DNA of 64,000 bases from Octopus bimaculoides (GCF_001194135.2 NC_068985.1:23208191-23272190), one strand, 5' to 3'. Positions 37,176 to 51,320 are shown, counted from the stretch's first letter. A program made the numbers and translations. The notes: generated by a model not told the origin, from the sequence alone.

Positions 37176-38244
37176 TCCAATTATAATGAAGCTGGGAAAA
37201 GAAACAAATTCATTATGAAAGTCAAAACAGATCACTTATGATCTTTCTGCCATAAAGAAATATGACATTTTTCCACCCTAATTAAAGTGCTCCTGGTCCA
37301 TCATATCACATATACATTATTTTCCCTAGTCTTGGTTAAATGTATCCATCTTCTCAATCAGCAATCTTCAGACCCTGTTATTTGCCAACCTGTTGCCACA
37401 TGCCACATTTCCAACATCTCAAAGGTGATAGTGAGTCATAAATGATTGCTTCTATTATCAACAGTTTTGATTTGAGAACCAGATCTACTAGAAATCTGCT
37501 TTTTTTTTTTCTTTTTTCTTTTTTTGTCAAGCCTTATTAATTCATTCATCATCATCATCATCATTTAACGTCCGCTTTCCATGCTAGCATGGGTTGGACG
37601 ATTTGACTGGGGACTGGCGAACCAGATGGCTACACCGGACTCCATTCTGATTTGGCAGAGTTTCTACAGCTGGATGCCCTTCCTAATGCCAACCACTCCG
37701 AGAGTGTAGTGGGTGCTTTTACATGCCACCGGCACGAGGGCCAGTCTGGCGGTATTTAGCTAAAGCAATGTTGTCATCCTTGATATCTATAAATTGTTCC
37801 ACCAGACATAGCACACCTACCTGACTAAGTTGTTTGCTTATTACACTCCAGTCTTTGGGGCTGAAATTTCCTCATAATGTTCTGTTGTTGCATACATTTA
37901 TAAAGCTATCTGCAGTCTCTGTTTTATCAACTCTGTTATGTCTCAGCATAGTTGTGTTTCTTACATACATCTATTAGCAGCAAAATGCATCTAGTAAAAC
38001 AGTCCTGTAACACTACACCCTCCTTTCTCATAAACAACAATATTAAAATCTTCACTGTAAATGCTTCATTTATGATATCTTCTTTTTCATAACAACCCTA
38101 TATCTATAACATTGCTAAAGCTGCTTTCTCAAAATTAAACTTTCTCTTCAGAGTCAGAAATTATTTGGTTGCTGACCTTCTACAGGTATCAAGTGCAACT
38201 CACAGTGTACTGCTCACATACCTAGACTGGCACTACTTATGTCT

Positions 38245-38635
38245 CTTTTACTTGTTTCAGTCATTTGACTGCGGCCATGCTGGAGCACCGCCTTTTAGTC
38301 GAGCAAATCGACCCCAGGACTCATTCTTTGGAAGCCTAGTACTTATTCTATCGGTCTCTTTTGCCGAACTGCTAAGTTACGGGGACGTAAACACACTAGC
38401 ATCGGTTGTCAAACGATGGTGGGGGGACAAACACAGACACACAAGCACACATACATATATATATACATATACATATATATGACAGGCTTCTTTCAGTTTC
38501 CGTCTACCAAATTCACTCACAAGGCTTTGGTCAGCCTGAGGCTATAGTAGAAGACACTTGCCCAAGGTGCCTCGCAGTGGGACTGAACCCAGAACCATGT
38601 GGTTGGTAAGCAAGCTACTTACCACACAGCCACTC
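38245..38635 (-). mobile_element. SINE family B with alternative 3' module
   Basis: Same head and CORE-like domain + (TA)n + 3' module ending gactgaaacaagtaaaag. Similar copies at 10045-10400, 41290-41670, 44555-44900, 57950-58200. Confidence 0.85.
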
Positions 38636-39005
38636 AAATAGCCTAAACTACAGTTTCAAAAGAAATTGTCCATCTGATTGACAAAGATTCAGTCAGTGAT
38701 ATAATATATCAACATACTCTTTCTTATCTGTCTTTTCTACCACATACTCTTCTGAACAAGTAAGCTACATATCTCTCTACAAGCCCACCTAATGTGTCTA
38801 GTTGTCTTTTGTGTCTCACCCATCAAACATTGCACAAGACATTTCACTCAAGCCTTACTATGAACTTTGAGCCTCAACTCTGGATCTGTGCATTTTTTTT
38901 CTAATAAGCATCCTGAACATTAAACTGTGTTTTATATTTTATGTGTTAATGTTTAATTAATAAATGTGTTAAATTTTAAAATGATTATTTCCTTCAACAT
39001 TCTAG

Positions 39006-39091
39006 GAATACAGGAATTGCGGAAAAAATTTGAAGAAGACAAACAGAAGATAGCTTTAATGAAAGCAGCCCGGAAATTCAAACCCTTCTAG
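39006..39091 (+). CDS. RRP7A: RRP7A exon 8 (RIQELRKKFEEDKQKIALMKAARKFKPF*)
   Basis: ttctag acceptor; LRKKFEEDK..I......RKFKPF is the canonical Rrp7 C-terminus; the 8 exons sum to 804 nt = 267 aa + stop. Confidence 0.97.
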
Positions 39092-39097
39092 AATAAA
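39092..39097 (+). terminator. Candidate polyadenylation signal AATAAA of RRP7A
   Basis: AATAAA directly follows the TAG stop; U-rich sequence downstream. Confidence 0.45.
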
Positions 39098-39790
39098 TTA
39101 TTATATTTTTATAAAAATGTATATTCTTTTATTCATTTATTAATTACAGTCACTAGATTGTGACTATAATGGGGTCCCACCTTTGGGGATTGTAGTCAGT
39201 TATATAATCCCCAGAACTTTGTCCTGTATTTATTGTTGTTGATCTTTATGCATCAAATGGCTAAGTTCCTTCTCAGCAAAAATACATAACTGACACTGGA
39301 TAAATACCACTAGAAATTTTTTTTTTCATACACAGATTTATTGGCAGTGCCTTGATATACTCATTATACATACATATATATATATAACTTTTATAAGTAA
39401 TATTCTAAAAGAATATATAATTGAACTTATGTTGCGTGCTCAATTATCTTGAGCAAATAATAAGTTGATCTTTAGATCACTTTGCGAGTGTAGTAATATC
39501 CGTGAAACGATCGTAAGATATTTTATTCTTTTAACTTTAGGTTTCTTTATATTTTATATTTTAGAATTTATAATATTCATGCTTATTTACACATAAATTT
39601 TTATACGCATATATATTTAAACATATATTTATCTATTTTTAGATTTTTATATGTATCGATATTTATATTCCGTATTTTTATGTTTTAAACTTTTAAATTT
39701 ATTATGCTACCATGTTATGTTGGATGTATATCTTTTGAAATACTAAATATTGGTTTCCTAAATATATTATTGACGAATTAATAATATAAA

Positions 39791-39834
<44 letters not shown>

Positions 39835-40015
39835 AGCTCCTGTACTATGAATATGTGATTAAAATGTCACAGGAAAAAATTGCAAGACAGGTTTTTCAAG
39901 CCACGCCAATCAGCAAGGAACCTATGGGTAGACAAAGAACAAGGTGGCTGATAATATCCATAGCCTTAGTTGATGGCACTTGAGAATACAACCACAATGT
40001 GTAATGACGATTACT
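39835..40015 (+). mobile_element. RTE-like LINE C-terminal fragment
   Basis: MSQEKIARQVFQATP...GRQRTRWL motif. Confidence 0.5.
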
Positions 40016-40894
40016 CCTGATAGGACTCTGTGGAAGAGATACCTGAGAACTCTACCTCTATGACCCTCCTGGGAATAGGCAGAGAAAATGGATGGACTGA
40101 TTTCTTAGAGACATAACAGCTCAAATTTATATAGGTCATAGGAATGAAAAAATAGAAATAATAATCATAGAAAGATGTGTCTAAACCACAGATATTGAGT
40201 GTTGAGTTTCTAACATACAAACTAACAACCTCTTGTAAGACTTAGCAGCTTTGGCACATCATTAAAGAGAGACTTTTTTATTTGGGATATGGTAGTGTTT
40301 TGAAGTAGTCAACAAAAGTATTTTATAGACATTTATGTAGCCTAACATTTTTTTCCCTTATGTACATAATATGGAGAAGGAAAATGCTGAGACACAATTT
40401 GTTGTTGCTGCTCATCTTTATTAATGTAAACTTTTGGCACTAAGGTTTACAACAAACCATCAGTCCAACATTCTAGATTCATTGATATATCTGACATATT
40501 GATTTGATTCCATCACTATTGTTTGAGAAACATTCTAACCAAAGCTGTCTTATCAAAATTGTTGGTATACTATTCAAAAAGAGGATATATAACAAATTTG
40601 TTTACAACACTGAATTGGTTGTGCAAAAAATGGTTTTTTTGTACATCCTTCTTAGAATAAACCTAAAAGGTTATTAAACTATAGATATATTTAAATTGTG
40701 GTAAGCATTTGGAAAGGAATGTAAGTATCATTAGATTTTTTTTCAATGTTCTTCCTCTTTCCATGTGTCTTGATGCAATTGCATTTTATCTGTTTTCCTC
40801 TATTGACAGTTTTGCACACTAAATCCTGACGCTTTTTACTCAGTGCAGTTGTCTCTCTTGAGTGCAGATATCTGATGCTTAACATATGCTAGAC

Positions 40895-41152
40895 CAGGGG
40901 TTTTCAAACTGTGGTCCGCGGACCACAGGGGGTCTGTGGACAGCAAATACTTTTTATGGGCAATTTGATTTTATATGTTTTTTAATTAACAATAAACCCA
41001 TTTTGTTAAATACTGTTAAATAAATAAATGTAAAAATATGTTATTTTAAGCAAATATTTATGTATAAATTTCATAATCGTTTATAAGGAGCTCCCTAAGG
41101 TAAAGCCTGAAATATAAAGGGGTCCGCAAGTCAAAAAGTTTGAAAACCCCTG
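40895..41152. mobile_element. hAT/Charlie-type MITE
   Basis: Perfect 16-bp TIR CAGGGGTTTTCAAACT; perfect 8-bp TSD TGCTAGAC (40887-94, 41153-60). Confidence 0.95.
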
Positions 41153-43479
41153 TGCTAGACAGAGGACAGAGTTGTCAGCAGCAAGAATATGTATATTTCT
41201 GTCTATCAAAATTCTGATACTTTAATTATCTTTATTCTTTTAACCTCTCAAAAACCTTATTTTGTCTACTTCAGTGTAAGAAACATCAGTAGCTTTCATC
41301 TTATAAGGGTTATCATTGGACTGCTGCCATGCTGGGGCACTGCCTTGAAAGGTTTAGATGAACAAATCGCTCCCGTATATTTTGTTTTGTTTTTTTTTTA
41401 AGTCTGGTACTTATTCTATCAGTCTCTTTTTACTGAAATGCTACAGGGATTTAAACAAACCAACACCAGTTGTCAAGCAGTGGTGGGAGACAAACACAGA
41501 ACCCACTTGCACACAAACACACATGATGGGATTTCAATTTCTGTGTACCAGATCCACTCACAAGGCTTTGATCAACCCTGGGCTATATACACTTGTCCAA
41601 GGTTCCACACAGTGGGACTGAACCCAGTACCATGTGATTGGGAGGCAAACTTCTCACTACACAGCCATGCCTATGCCTTATAATAAAAGTTGATTTTTTT
41701 TTCAAAAATTTGCACTAAAACCTTTTGTTTCAAATCCAATTTTTTTACTACTTATGTTTCTCTGTCTTTCCTTCATTATAGCAGAGAATTCTTTCATTGA
41801 TAGATATGACACCAGTTTCTTAAGTGTCTCTATATTGAAGGGTATTTTGTTCCTCTGGAGCTAACTTCTTTTTTATTTTTTTTTTTTCATTAATTTGTCT
41901 CACTTTCTGATAGTTAGAAATTTGGTTTGACTCTCAATTCCACCTACCTAGTGAGTAAACATTTACATGAGTAGTTTCTCTTGCATACCATCCACACTTT
42001 ACATCACCTGTGATATCTCTACCTTCCTGCTAACTAATATTCACCATTGGCTAATGCCTCCACCTATGTTCACCATTCACTGCATTCATCGCTGTCTCCA
42101 TGTCTGTCCATCTTCCTTTCATCTCTCCTTTCACACTCTCACAAAATTACCTATCCATTCAACTCTGGACCACTTATATCTGCTTTCCTATAACTTAAGG
42201 GTATGCCCTTCACCTCTTCACTAGTATCTCTCTTTTCCAACTGGTGTAAACACCAAATATATAGTGCGTGTGTTTTTATTGGCTAAACTGGCAACATGAC
42301 CATCCCCAAATACAAAAATAATTTCCCATCATTGGTAAATATGAGAGACAACTTTGGATGTGTTTCATCTTTCATTGAAAGTTTGTCAACTGAAGTGAAA
42401 TTGGTAGGTAAGACATCTGTTTCTGTCCCACTATCATCCTTTAACCTCTTGTCACCTGGCATAAAGCCACCCACATCAATACTAAACTCTCTCACTTGAA
42501 GGATTTTGTCTTACAAAATACTTGGTGGCTTCACTAGTGCTGGTGCTACATAAAAAGCACTCACAACACTGTGAAATGATGATAGGAAGGGCATCTATCC
42601 ATCCATAGAATCCATGCCAAAACAAAGTTTGGCACATCTTCTGGCTTGTTGGCTCTCAGATCATCCTGTCCATGCCAGCATAGAAAGCAGACATTAAACA
42701 ATGATGATGATGTACCTTTTTTACTCATTGAGTAACACAAGAGATAGCTCTGATGATGTATCACTTGTTGTTGTAGGCTCAGTAAAAATGAAACTATGTC
42801 ATGACTAATATTGTTTTCTTTTCATCACATATCTGAATATACATTGGCTTTTTGATCCTTAATAATGATGCTTTCTTCTGTTTAGCTATATAATTATGTA
42901 ATAGATGGTATCGTCATGAAATTTTGTGCCTTTATTTTCTTACTTAATACCAGTGAATGTACAATTTAGAATGTTTACTAAGCAGTTCACTCTCTAATAT
43001 GACAAGCCTACCAATTTCACTTCAGTTGACAAACTTTCAATGAAAGATGAAACACATCCAAAGTTGTCTCTAATATTTACCAATGATGGCCATAATATTA
43101 CCTTACTTGGAAACAGTTTAGGGTTAGCAATAGGAAGGAACATCTGGTAATAGAAATTTGCCTCCTGCACACAAGCATCATGGAAAAATGAATATTAAAA
43201 AATGATGATAATGAATATATATATCCACAAGCAAACAAATTCCAATCCTTGTTGCAGTTTGGTGGTTTGTGTGCTTCAGTGACCTTGAAAGCTAAGCTGG
43301 CAGAACACAATCTCCTGGTAGGGCTCCCATGCTGTTTCCAAGTAAGGTAATATGGCCAGATTTGTTTTCACAGAAGATTGGAAGCAAAGGACACTGCTTG
43401 TATGATGATGGCACTCATTTACAACTGTCAAAGCAAAAAGACAATTAGACACACACGCACACATATACATCTGCATTTT

Positions 43480-43850
43480 GGGGCTCCTTGATATCACTTG
43501 CTGTTGACAAGCCCACTGTAGAGGATGGTCCTTGGGAATCTTGAAGGGGCCAGTTGGATGACACATCCTGACCACAAGAGATGATGTTTGAGGATGGCAG
43601 CTTCAATGCTTGGTATTTCTGAATGATTGAGGACTTCGTTGTTGGTGCATTGGTCCTGCCATTTCATGTTGAGGATCTGTGAAAGCATGGCTTATTGGAA
43701 ACTCTCAAGCTTTTACAGGTCTTTTTGATACAGGGTCTTCCTTCTTCCTAGCTGGAAATCAGCCCTAACACCTGGGGAACAGATACTGCTGATCATCCAT
43801 CCTGGTGAAGAGCAATTCATTCCAGTTATTCCATTTCAAGAAGAGGAGAA
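43480..43850 (-). mobile_element. RTE (BovB-like) LINE fragment
   Basis: ILNMKWQD..TNNEVL...IPSIEA..L.W.G..I...R.P..ILY motif. Confidence 0.75.
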
Positions 43851-45669
43851 AGACTGAAAAAGTAAAAGGAAGTTAATTCCAGCCAAGACCACCACCTGCC
43901 CTGTGATTCGAACAATGTTCTAGACTGTTCTATTCCTGACTTGGCCTTCTATGTCAGGTTTAAGCATCATGGAGCCATGAGATGAACCAAATTTGGATGC
44001 AAGTGTGCCGATGACAACACATATATATATATATATATATATATTTAGGACTGGTTTGCCAGTCCTCAGTGAAACCATCCAACCCATGCCAGCATGGAAA
44101 GCAGACATTAAACGACGATGATGATGATATATATATATATTCACAAAGAGGCTTCTTTCAGTTTCTGTCTACCAAATCCACTTGCAAGCTTTCTGCTGAC
44201 TTGAGCTAAACAAGATGCTTGCCATGGAGCTATAAAGTGAAACTGAACATGGAACCATATGGTTGTGAAGCAAACATCTTAACCATACGCCCATGCCTAC
44301 ACCTATTCAGCTGGTGTTAGAATGAAATCAATTGTATAAAAATATGACTACATTTGTTAATGGTTATATGATGATAGAAATCAAATTATTAACATTAGAT
44401 AGCATCAATATTGATTAAAATATTTTGTAGAAACCTATCTACTAGCTAACTGAGTTCACTTTGGTATGATATTGATGAAAACTAGGTTGAAATAGGAGTG
44501 TAAGTCTGGAAGATCATGGCCTGGATGTGAATGAGAATGCAACCTTTTTTTTCTCTTGTTTCAGTCAGACTTCAGCCTTGCTGGAGCATTGTCTCGAAGA
44601 AATTTTAGTTGAATGAATTGACTTCACTACTTAAGTCTGGTATCCTGTCGGCCTCTTTTGCCAAACTTCTAAGTTATGGGAACATAAACACACCAACACT
44701 GGTTTTCAAGTAGTGGTGGGGGGGGACACACACACATATACACACAATTGGCCTCTTCCAGAGTCTGTCTACAGAATCCACTCACACGGCTTTGTTCAGC
44801 CCTAAGCTGTAGTAGAAGACACTTGCTGAAGGTGCCATGCAATGGGACTGAACCTAGAATCATGTGGTTAGAAAGCAAGCTTTTTACCACACAGCCATGC
44901 TCACTGCTCTCTCTGCCTACAACTGAACTGTATCTAACCATTGTATTTATTTATTATTAGATGGGTTGAGCCAGTGAAAGTTACTGACTCAGTTTATATT
45001 TCATCACCAAAACTGCTATCAACCTCTTACCAGTCATTTAATTTCATACGAACTCTGCCTACTGGGATTTCACATAATGTTATTTTTCTAACAATTCTAA
45101 TAAGTTGTTGACACCACCCAATATATATATATATGCTTTGGTTGATATGAATAATTTCTCTCTATTTTGTTAAATCCTAATTCTTTTGGTTGTGGCGGTA
45201 TCTCTCTTGTAATTTCAGCTCGTGTAATTTACACTCAATTTTCTCTTTCGGCTTATTAATTCTGCTTAAGTAAAATTGACAAGAAGAAACTGGCTCAATG
45301 CTCAGAAAAAATAAAACTTTACCAAGATCTGAAACTAGATAAAACAATTTGAATGAAACTTTGATATAACCTTTTAATGAGAGAAATTATTTTCATCATC
45401 GCCGTTGTTGTTGTCATTATCAATGTTTTAAGTCCTTCTCCATACTAGCATGAGTTGGGTGCATTTCACATCATCTTGCCACATGCTGTAGCCTTTCATC
45501 ATACGTCACATGCATGAGAAAAACTGGCCAACTCTGATGAAAACCATAAAAACCCATGTAATTTATACACTTTTTTTTGCAAAAATAAAAATAAACTTTA
45601 GTGGGTTCATAAATTACATGAGCAGATCATTTCCAGAATTTTTTTTGTCAAAAAAAGACATACAAAATA

Positions 45670-46200
45670 TAAACATTCATACTGGAAGTTGACTCATTTA
45701 ATGTCAGATTAGGTTTTTACTGAAAAAAAATAATGGCTTAAATATAATGAAGTTGACTTATTTATTATGCTGAGTAGTATAATGCCTCCTTTTTCTGTAT
45801 ACATTTACTAAAACCGTTAAACGGTTAACTACTTTTTGAAGTCTGATGTTCATGCTGGTTAACATGGTCCAGGCCATATTTTACATTGCTTGGAGTTTCT
45901 ACCTATTGCAATGGAGCACCATTGACATACATAGTGATATGGATATTCCTGACTGAAAAAAATGTAATGATATGGATAATTTTGATTGTATGTTTTTATT
46001 TTTGTCTGTTTATTACTAGCCACAGTTTTAAGTTTGTCGTACTATTTACGCCAATTTCGAACATTGGCTTCATTAACATTAAAATGCCTTCCGGCAGCTC
46101 TATTGTCACATCCAAATGCATATTCAACATATTTAATTTCTCCTTTGCAGTAAACGATTCATAAGTTCTTCCCATAATGACAATAATGGTAATGACAAAC
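45670..46200 (-). mobile_element. pogo-family transposon remnant (Brinker-type HTH)
   Basis: MGRTYESFTAKEKL../VEYAFGCDNRAAGRHFNVNEANVRNWRK from ATG 46175, with a frameshift and a stop. Confidence 0.55.
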
Positions 46201-46456
46201 TTTTATTTTATAAGTGTGAAAGAGATTAAAATTTTGATATTCCGTATCAAAGGTTCCGACAAGAATAAGCGGAAAGGAATTCTGTTTACATAATCAGTTT
46301 GATCAGTCACCTTCCTCTGTCAGTTGAGTAAAGTATCATCCAAGCTGATGTTTATTGGTAATTAAACTTAATTTGCAATACCTGTGCATATTTATTAGTT
46401 TTGTTTTTGTCAGTAATTCTTAACAACTTTTCCTGTGATTGTGATTCGAGAAGACA

Positions 46457-47332
46457 TCATCGTCGTTTAACGTCTGCTTTCCATGCTAGCATGGGTTGGA
46501 TGATTTGACTGAGGACTGGTGAAACCAGATGGCTACACCAGGCTCCAATCTGATTTGGCAGAGTTTCTACAGCTGGATGCCCTTCCTAACGCCAACCACT
46601 CAGAGAGTGTAGTGGGTGCTTTTACGTGCCACCGGCACGAAGGCCAGTCAGGCGGTACTGGCAACGGCTATGCTCAAAATGGTGTATTTTATGTGCCACC
46701 CGCACAAGAGCCAGTCTAGGGGTACTGGCAATGATCTCGCTCGAAAGTCCTTACANNNNNNNNNNNNNNNNNNNNNNNNNNNNNNNNNNNNNNNNNNNNN
46801 NNNNNNNNNNNNNNNNNNNNNNNNNNNNNNNNNNNNNNNNNNNNNNNNNNNNNNNNNNNNNNNNNNNNNNNNNNNNNNNNNNNNNNNNNNNNNNNNNNNN
46901 NNNNNNNNNNNNNNNNNNNNNNNNNNNNNNNNNNNNNNNNNNNNNNNNNNNNNNNNNNNNNNNNNNNNNNNNNNNNNNNNNNNNNNNNNNNNNNNNNNNN
47001 NNNNNNNNNNNNNNNNNNNNNNNNNNNNNNNNNNNNNNNNNNNNNNNNNNNNNNNNNNNNNNNNNNNNNNNNNNNNNNNNNNNNNNNNNNNNNNNNNNNN
47101 NNNNNNNNNNNNNNNNNNNNCATATTTCCAAAGGTCTCGGTCAGAAGTCATCGCCTCGGTGAGGCCCAATGTTCGAAGGTCGTGCCTCACCACCTCATCC
47201 CAGGTCTTCCTGGGCCTACCTCTTCCACAGGTTCCCTCAACTGCTAGGTTGTGGCACTTTTCACACAGCTATCCTCATCCATTCTTGCTACATGACCATA
47301 CCAGCGCAATCGTATCTCTTGCACACCACAAC
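46457..47332 (-). mobile_element. RTE-like LINE 3' end (ORF C-terminus + UTR + tail), spanning a gap
   Basis: VRHDLRTLGLTEAMTSDRDLWKY at 47121-47200; UTR and (CAT)n tail at 46457-46755; same family as 22925-24795. Confidence 0.9.
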
Positions 47333-47549
47333 TGATATATATATATATATATATATATTTATAACATTTATATTTATATTTATATATACGATGCACTTAT
47401 TTCAGTTTCCATCTGTCAATCTACTCACAAGGTGTTGGTTGGCCCAAGGCTATAGTAAGAGACATGCTTAACCATGGGACTGTGCAACAACACTGAACCC
47501 ATGACCACATACTTGGAAAGCAAGCTTCTTCAACACAGCCACACAAATG

Positions 47550-47555
47550 ATGATG

Positions 47556-47619
<64 letters not shown>

Positions 47620-47724
47620 TTATATACATATATATATGTATGCATATATATATACATGTATATATGTATGTATATGTATATACACGTGTGTATGTGTAAA
47701 ATATATGTATAAACTATACGAATG

Positions 47725-47757
<33 letters not shown>

Positions 47758-47810
47758 AAAATGTATATATAAACTATATGTGTGTATATAAAAACATGTA
47801 TGCATATTAG
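47550..47810. repeat. (TA)/(TG) compound microsatellite
   Basis: Direct observation. Confidence 0.9.
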
Positions 47811-48944
47811 ATATAGTTTCTACTATATTTGATTTAACTGATACCAATATTCCTTTAATGGACCAGGGGATGGGGAAATGGTTGAAAGAGGGGAATATCA
47901 GACTGAATATTTGTTCCTAATTCGGTACCTAGCTATTCACTGAGTTTGAATCCACTTAAGTTCAATGTTGCCTTTATCCTTTCTTCCAAAGTCGATAAAA
48001 TAAACACAAGATTCAATCAATTGCACTTCACATATACATAAATTGGCTCAATGCATAATCTAAAGAAATCAATAGTTTTTCAAGTGCTATAGGAATGCCA
48101 TAACTGCCAACAACTTGATAATGGTTTCAAATTTTGGCACAAGGCCAGCAATTTAGGGGGGGAGGGGTAAGTCAACTACATCGACCCCCCCTATCCAACT
48201 GGTACTTATTTTATTGACCCTGAAAGGATGAAAGGCAATGTCAACCACGACGGAATTTGAACTTAGAGCATAATGACAGATGAAATTCTGCTAAGCATTT
48301 TTCCCAGCATACTAACGAATCTGCCAACTTGTTACTTTTGCCAACAACCTAATAATCATTATAGGCACAAGGCTTGAAATTTGGAGTGGGAGATAGTCGA
48401 TTACATCAACCCCAGTACTCAACTGGTACTTAAATTATCAACCCGCAATAACCTAATAATAACAAATAACGAGGCAAGGAATGTGTTGAATGGGAAGGAC
48501 CCATCCACCACAGCAGAATTGATGCTGGTGCTGGTGCCATGTGAAAAACACTGATGTTGGTGCCACATTAAAAACACTCATGCTGGTGCCACATTAAAAG
48601 CACTCATACTAGTGCCACATAAAAAGCATCCAGTACATAGTTGTTGGCATTAGGAAGGGCATCCAGCTGTAGAAATCATGCTAGAACAGACCATTGGAGC
48701 TTGATGCAACCCCCAGCCTTTTCAGCTTCTGTGAAACCATCTGACCTGTGCCCACATAGAAAAGATACATTAAATGATAATGATGATGATGAGGATAATG
48801 AACTGACCCCAATATATTACTGGTTCTTATCCAGTGTAGAGGGATTAAAGGCAGTGTCAGCCATGTCAGTATTTAATTCAGGCTATAAAAGGAAATGATT
48901 GAATTCTGCAAGGATTTATTCCAGTTCTGCTACTCCACCAATAT

Positions 48945-49070
48945 TTATATACTTTTTTGCCTTTTATATACTTTTATATACTTTTATACTTTATACTTTA
49001 TATACTTTTATACTTTATACTTTATGTACTTTTATATACCTTTCATATAATTATATACTTTTTATTTCTA
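48945..49070. repeat. (TTTATATACT)-like degenerate minisatellite
   Basis: Repeated tttatact / tttatatact units. Confidence 0.85.
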
Positions 49071-50369
49071 GAGAAAAGGAAAAAGTATAAAACTGTTATA
49101 AGTCAAAAAAGATTTGACACTTAGATGAACATCTGTTCTTTATTCGATATATTTACTTCCCTCACCAGCTCCAACCACCTCTCATTCTCCTCATACGCTC
49201 TTACAACCTCTACCCACCTACACTCACAGCTCTTCTGTCCCCACTCAAAATACAGGTACCTTGAGGGTTCACCCTTACACTTCATCACCACTATTTTATC
49301 TCTCCAGCTCTTCCTGGGTTACTCTAATCCTCTCTTCAATAATGTGATTATCCCACGTAACTCTCACAAGAAATTTGTTCTGTTCTGGTTCCTGTCATAT
49401 TTTAACTCCTCATCTCCTAGCATAAAACCACAACCCTCTCTGCTGTAACCCTACTTCATCAAAGCACCAGCCCTTTGGTCATTAGGGAGCTGTAATCCTG
49501 CCAAAGTCAACTTTGCCTGTCATCCCTCTAGAGTTAGTAAGATAAAAATAAAATACCAATCAAGGACTGGTGTTGATGAATCATTATCATCATCCTCATC
49601 ATCATCAGTAGTAGCAGCAGCAGCAGCAGGTTGGTGAGCTGGCAGAACCATTAGCATGTCAGGCAAAATGCCTCGCAGCATTTCATCTGTCTTCATGCTC
49701 TGAGTTCAAATTCCGTTGAGGTCAATTTTGCCTTTTTTCATGCTCTTGGGATTGATAAAGTAAGTACTAGTTGATCACTGAAGTCAATGTAATCAACTTA
49801 CCCCCACCCCACCCCACCCCGGAATTACAGGCCTTGTGCCAAAATTTTAAATCATTATTATTATTATTATCAATAATATTAATATGCATAGTTTCTTGTT
49901 TTTGTACGTACCTGTGGCATGTGTTACACCTACTTCAAAGGAAGAGGTAAAAAGGTTGAAGGGAGAGGTACGAAGAAAAAGAGAAATAAAAGGTGTTAAG
50001 CAGAGGAGGTATACATGAAGTGAGTGACAAAGCGAGAGAGTGGGGAGGGACAGAAGCAGAGGAAGTATAGTTGAAGTGAGAGGCAAAGAGAAGGAAGTAA
50101 GAGGGAAGGAGGGAGAGATTTATAGTGCTGAGAGGTAAGAGAAATATAACATGTTAAACACAGGAGGACAGAGGCAAGGAGACAGAGAAGAGGGAGGGGG
50201 AAAAGAGAGATTTAGAGAGAAGGAAGGGAGTGGATTTAGAGTGAAGGAAGGGAGTGGATAGAGAATAATAGTGAAAGAGAATGGAACCATTCTCATACAG
50301 AAAATCCTGGAGAACTTTTCATTTTCAACTGCATATGATAGAGCCGATATATAATTGCAAAAAGAAATG

Positions 50370-50404
<35 letters not shown>

Positions 50405-50928
50405 CAAATTGCTGTGGGTGTTACTGTTACTTTCCTACAGTTGAGGGGAGAAGTTAAATGTTTATCAGTATCTTCGGAGTAGGCTGATGCATACATTGAA
50501 AGGAAAGTAGATACATAGGTCGAATAAAAAGTAGATACATACACACATTGTTAAATTAAAAGCGGAAGAGAAGAGGGACACAGGGGAGGTGAGTGAAACG
50601 GTTGATACATAGTTTGAAAGACAAGTTGATAAATAGACACATTGTTTAAATCATGGGTAAATAACTACACAAATATTGGATGTCACTTTCACTTTTCATT
50701 ACCACACGAGGATAAAATTAACTCGCAAGCAGCTGAGTACTCCACATACATGCATACCATTAATGTAATTCTCAGGGAGATTCAGCCTCACACAGAATAT
50801 GACAAGGCTGGCCCCTTTCATGCAGAAAGAAACCCTCTGAAACCTCTGACAGCAGACTGTTGTCCACTCTCACAGAATCTACCAGAACAAACAAGACTGA
50901 ACATTCTGAGAAATAAAACAACAACAAC

Positions 50929-50963
<35 letters not shown>

Positions 50964-50965
<2 letters not shown>

Positions 50966-51320
50966 GTGGCATTTCAAGGCGACTACCGTACCAGTGATTG
51001 TAGGATCTCTAGGAATGATAAAAAGGGTATTGAAACCTATTTGAAAATGATACCAGGCTTACCATCCCTACAGGAAGTGAAAAAAATTGTGTTAGCTGGA
51101 ACAACTCATGTACTGAGAAGAGCATTATCGCTGTGAAAACAACATCCATTCATGAATTTATTTATTAATTTTTTTAAATATATATTTTACCTGTGAATTT
51201 GTGTGTGTAATCTGGGAATGCGTACAATGAGCTTCTCTGCCCCAGGTGCACAGAAAACACTCTGCGAGAAATGGAAGAAAATTTGAAGAAAGAAGAAGAA
51301 AAAATAACAACAACAACAAG
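50964..51320 (+). mobile_element. RLE-type LINE extreme 3' end + UTR
   Basis: VPVIVGSLGMIKKG...IPGLPSLQEVKKIVLAGTTHVLRRALSL*; preceded by (AAT)n. Confidence 0.75.

Noticed and set aside
16161-39005. Intronic C/D snoRNAs expected in a ribosome-biogenesis host gene (RUGAUGA at about 19396, 35793, 36344)
   Set aside because: No properly spaced CUGA D box with a terminal stem found by eye; H/ACA RNAs cannot be excluded without a covariance search
39470-39520. GAAACGATCGTA, a palindromic stem III + GUA as in Penelope hammerheads
   Set aside because: No CUGANGA core at a suitable distance; at most a very decayed remnant
42283-42499. Overlapping 67-70-aa ORFs on both strands that look protein-like
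   Set aside because: No recognisable domain and no phase-consistent neighbouring exons; reported only as part of the inverted repeat
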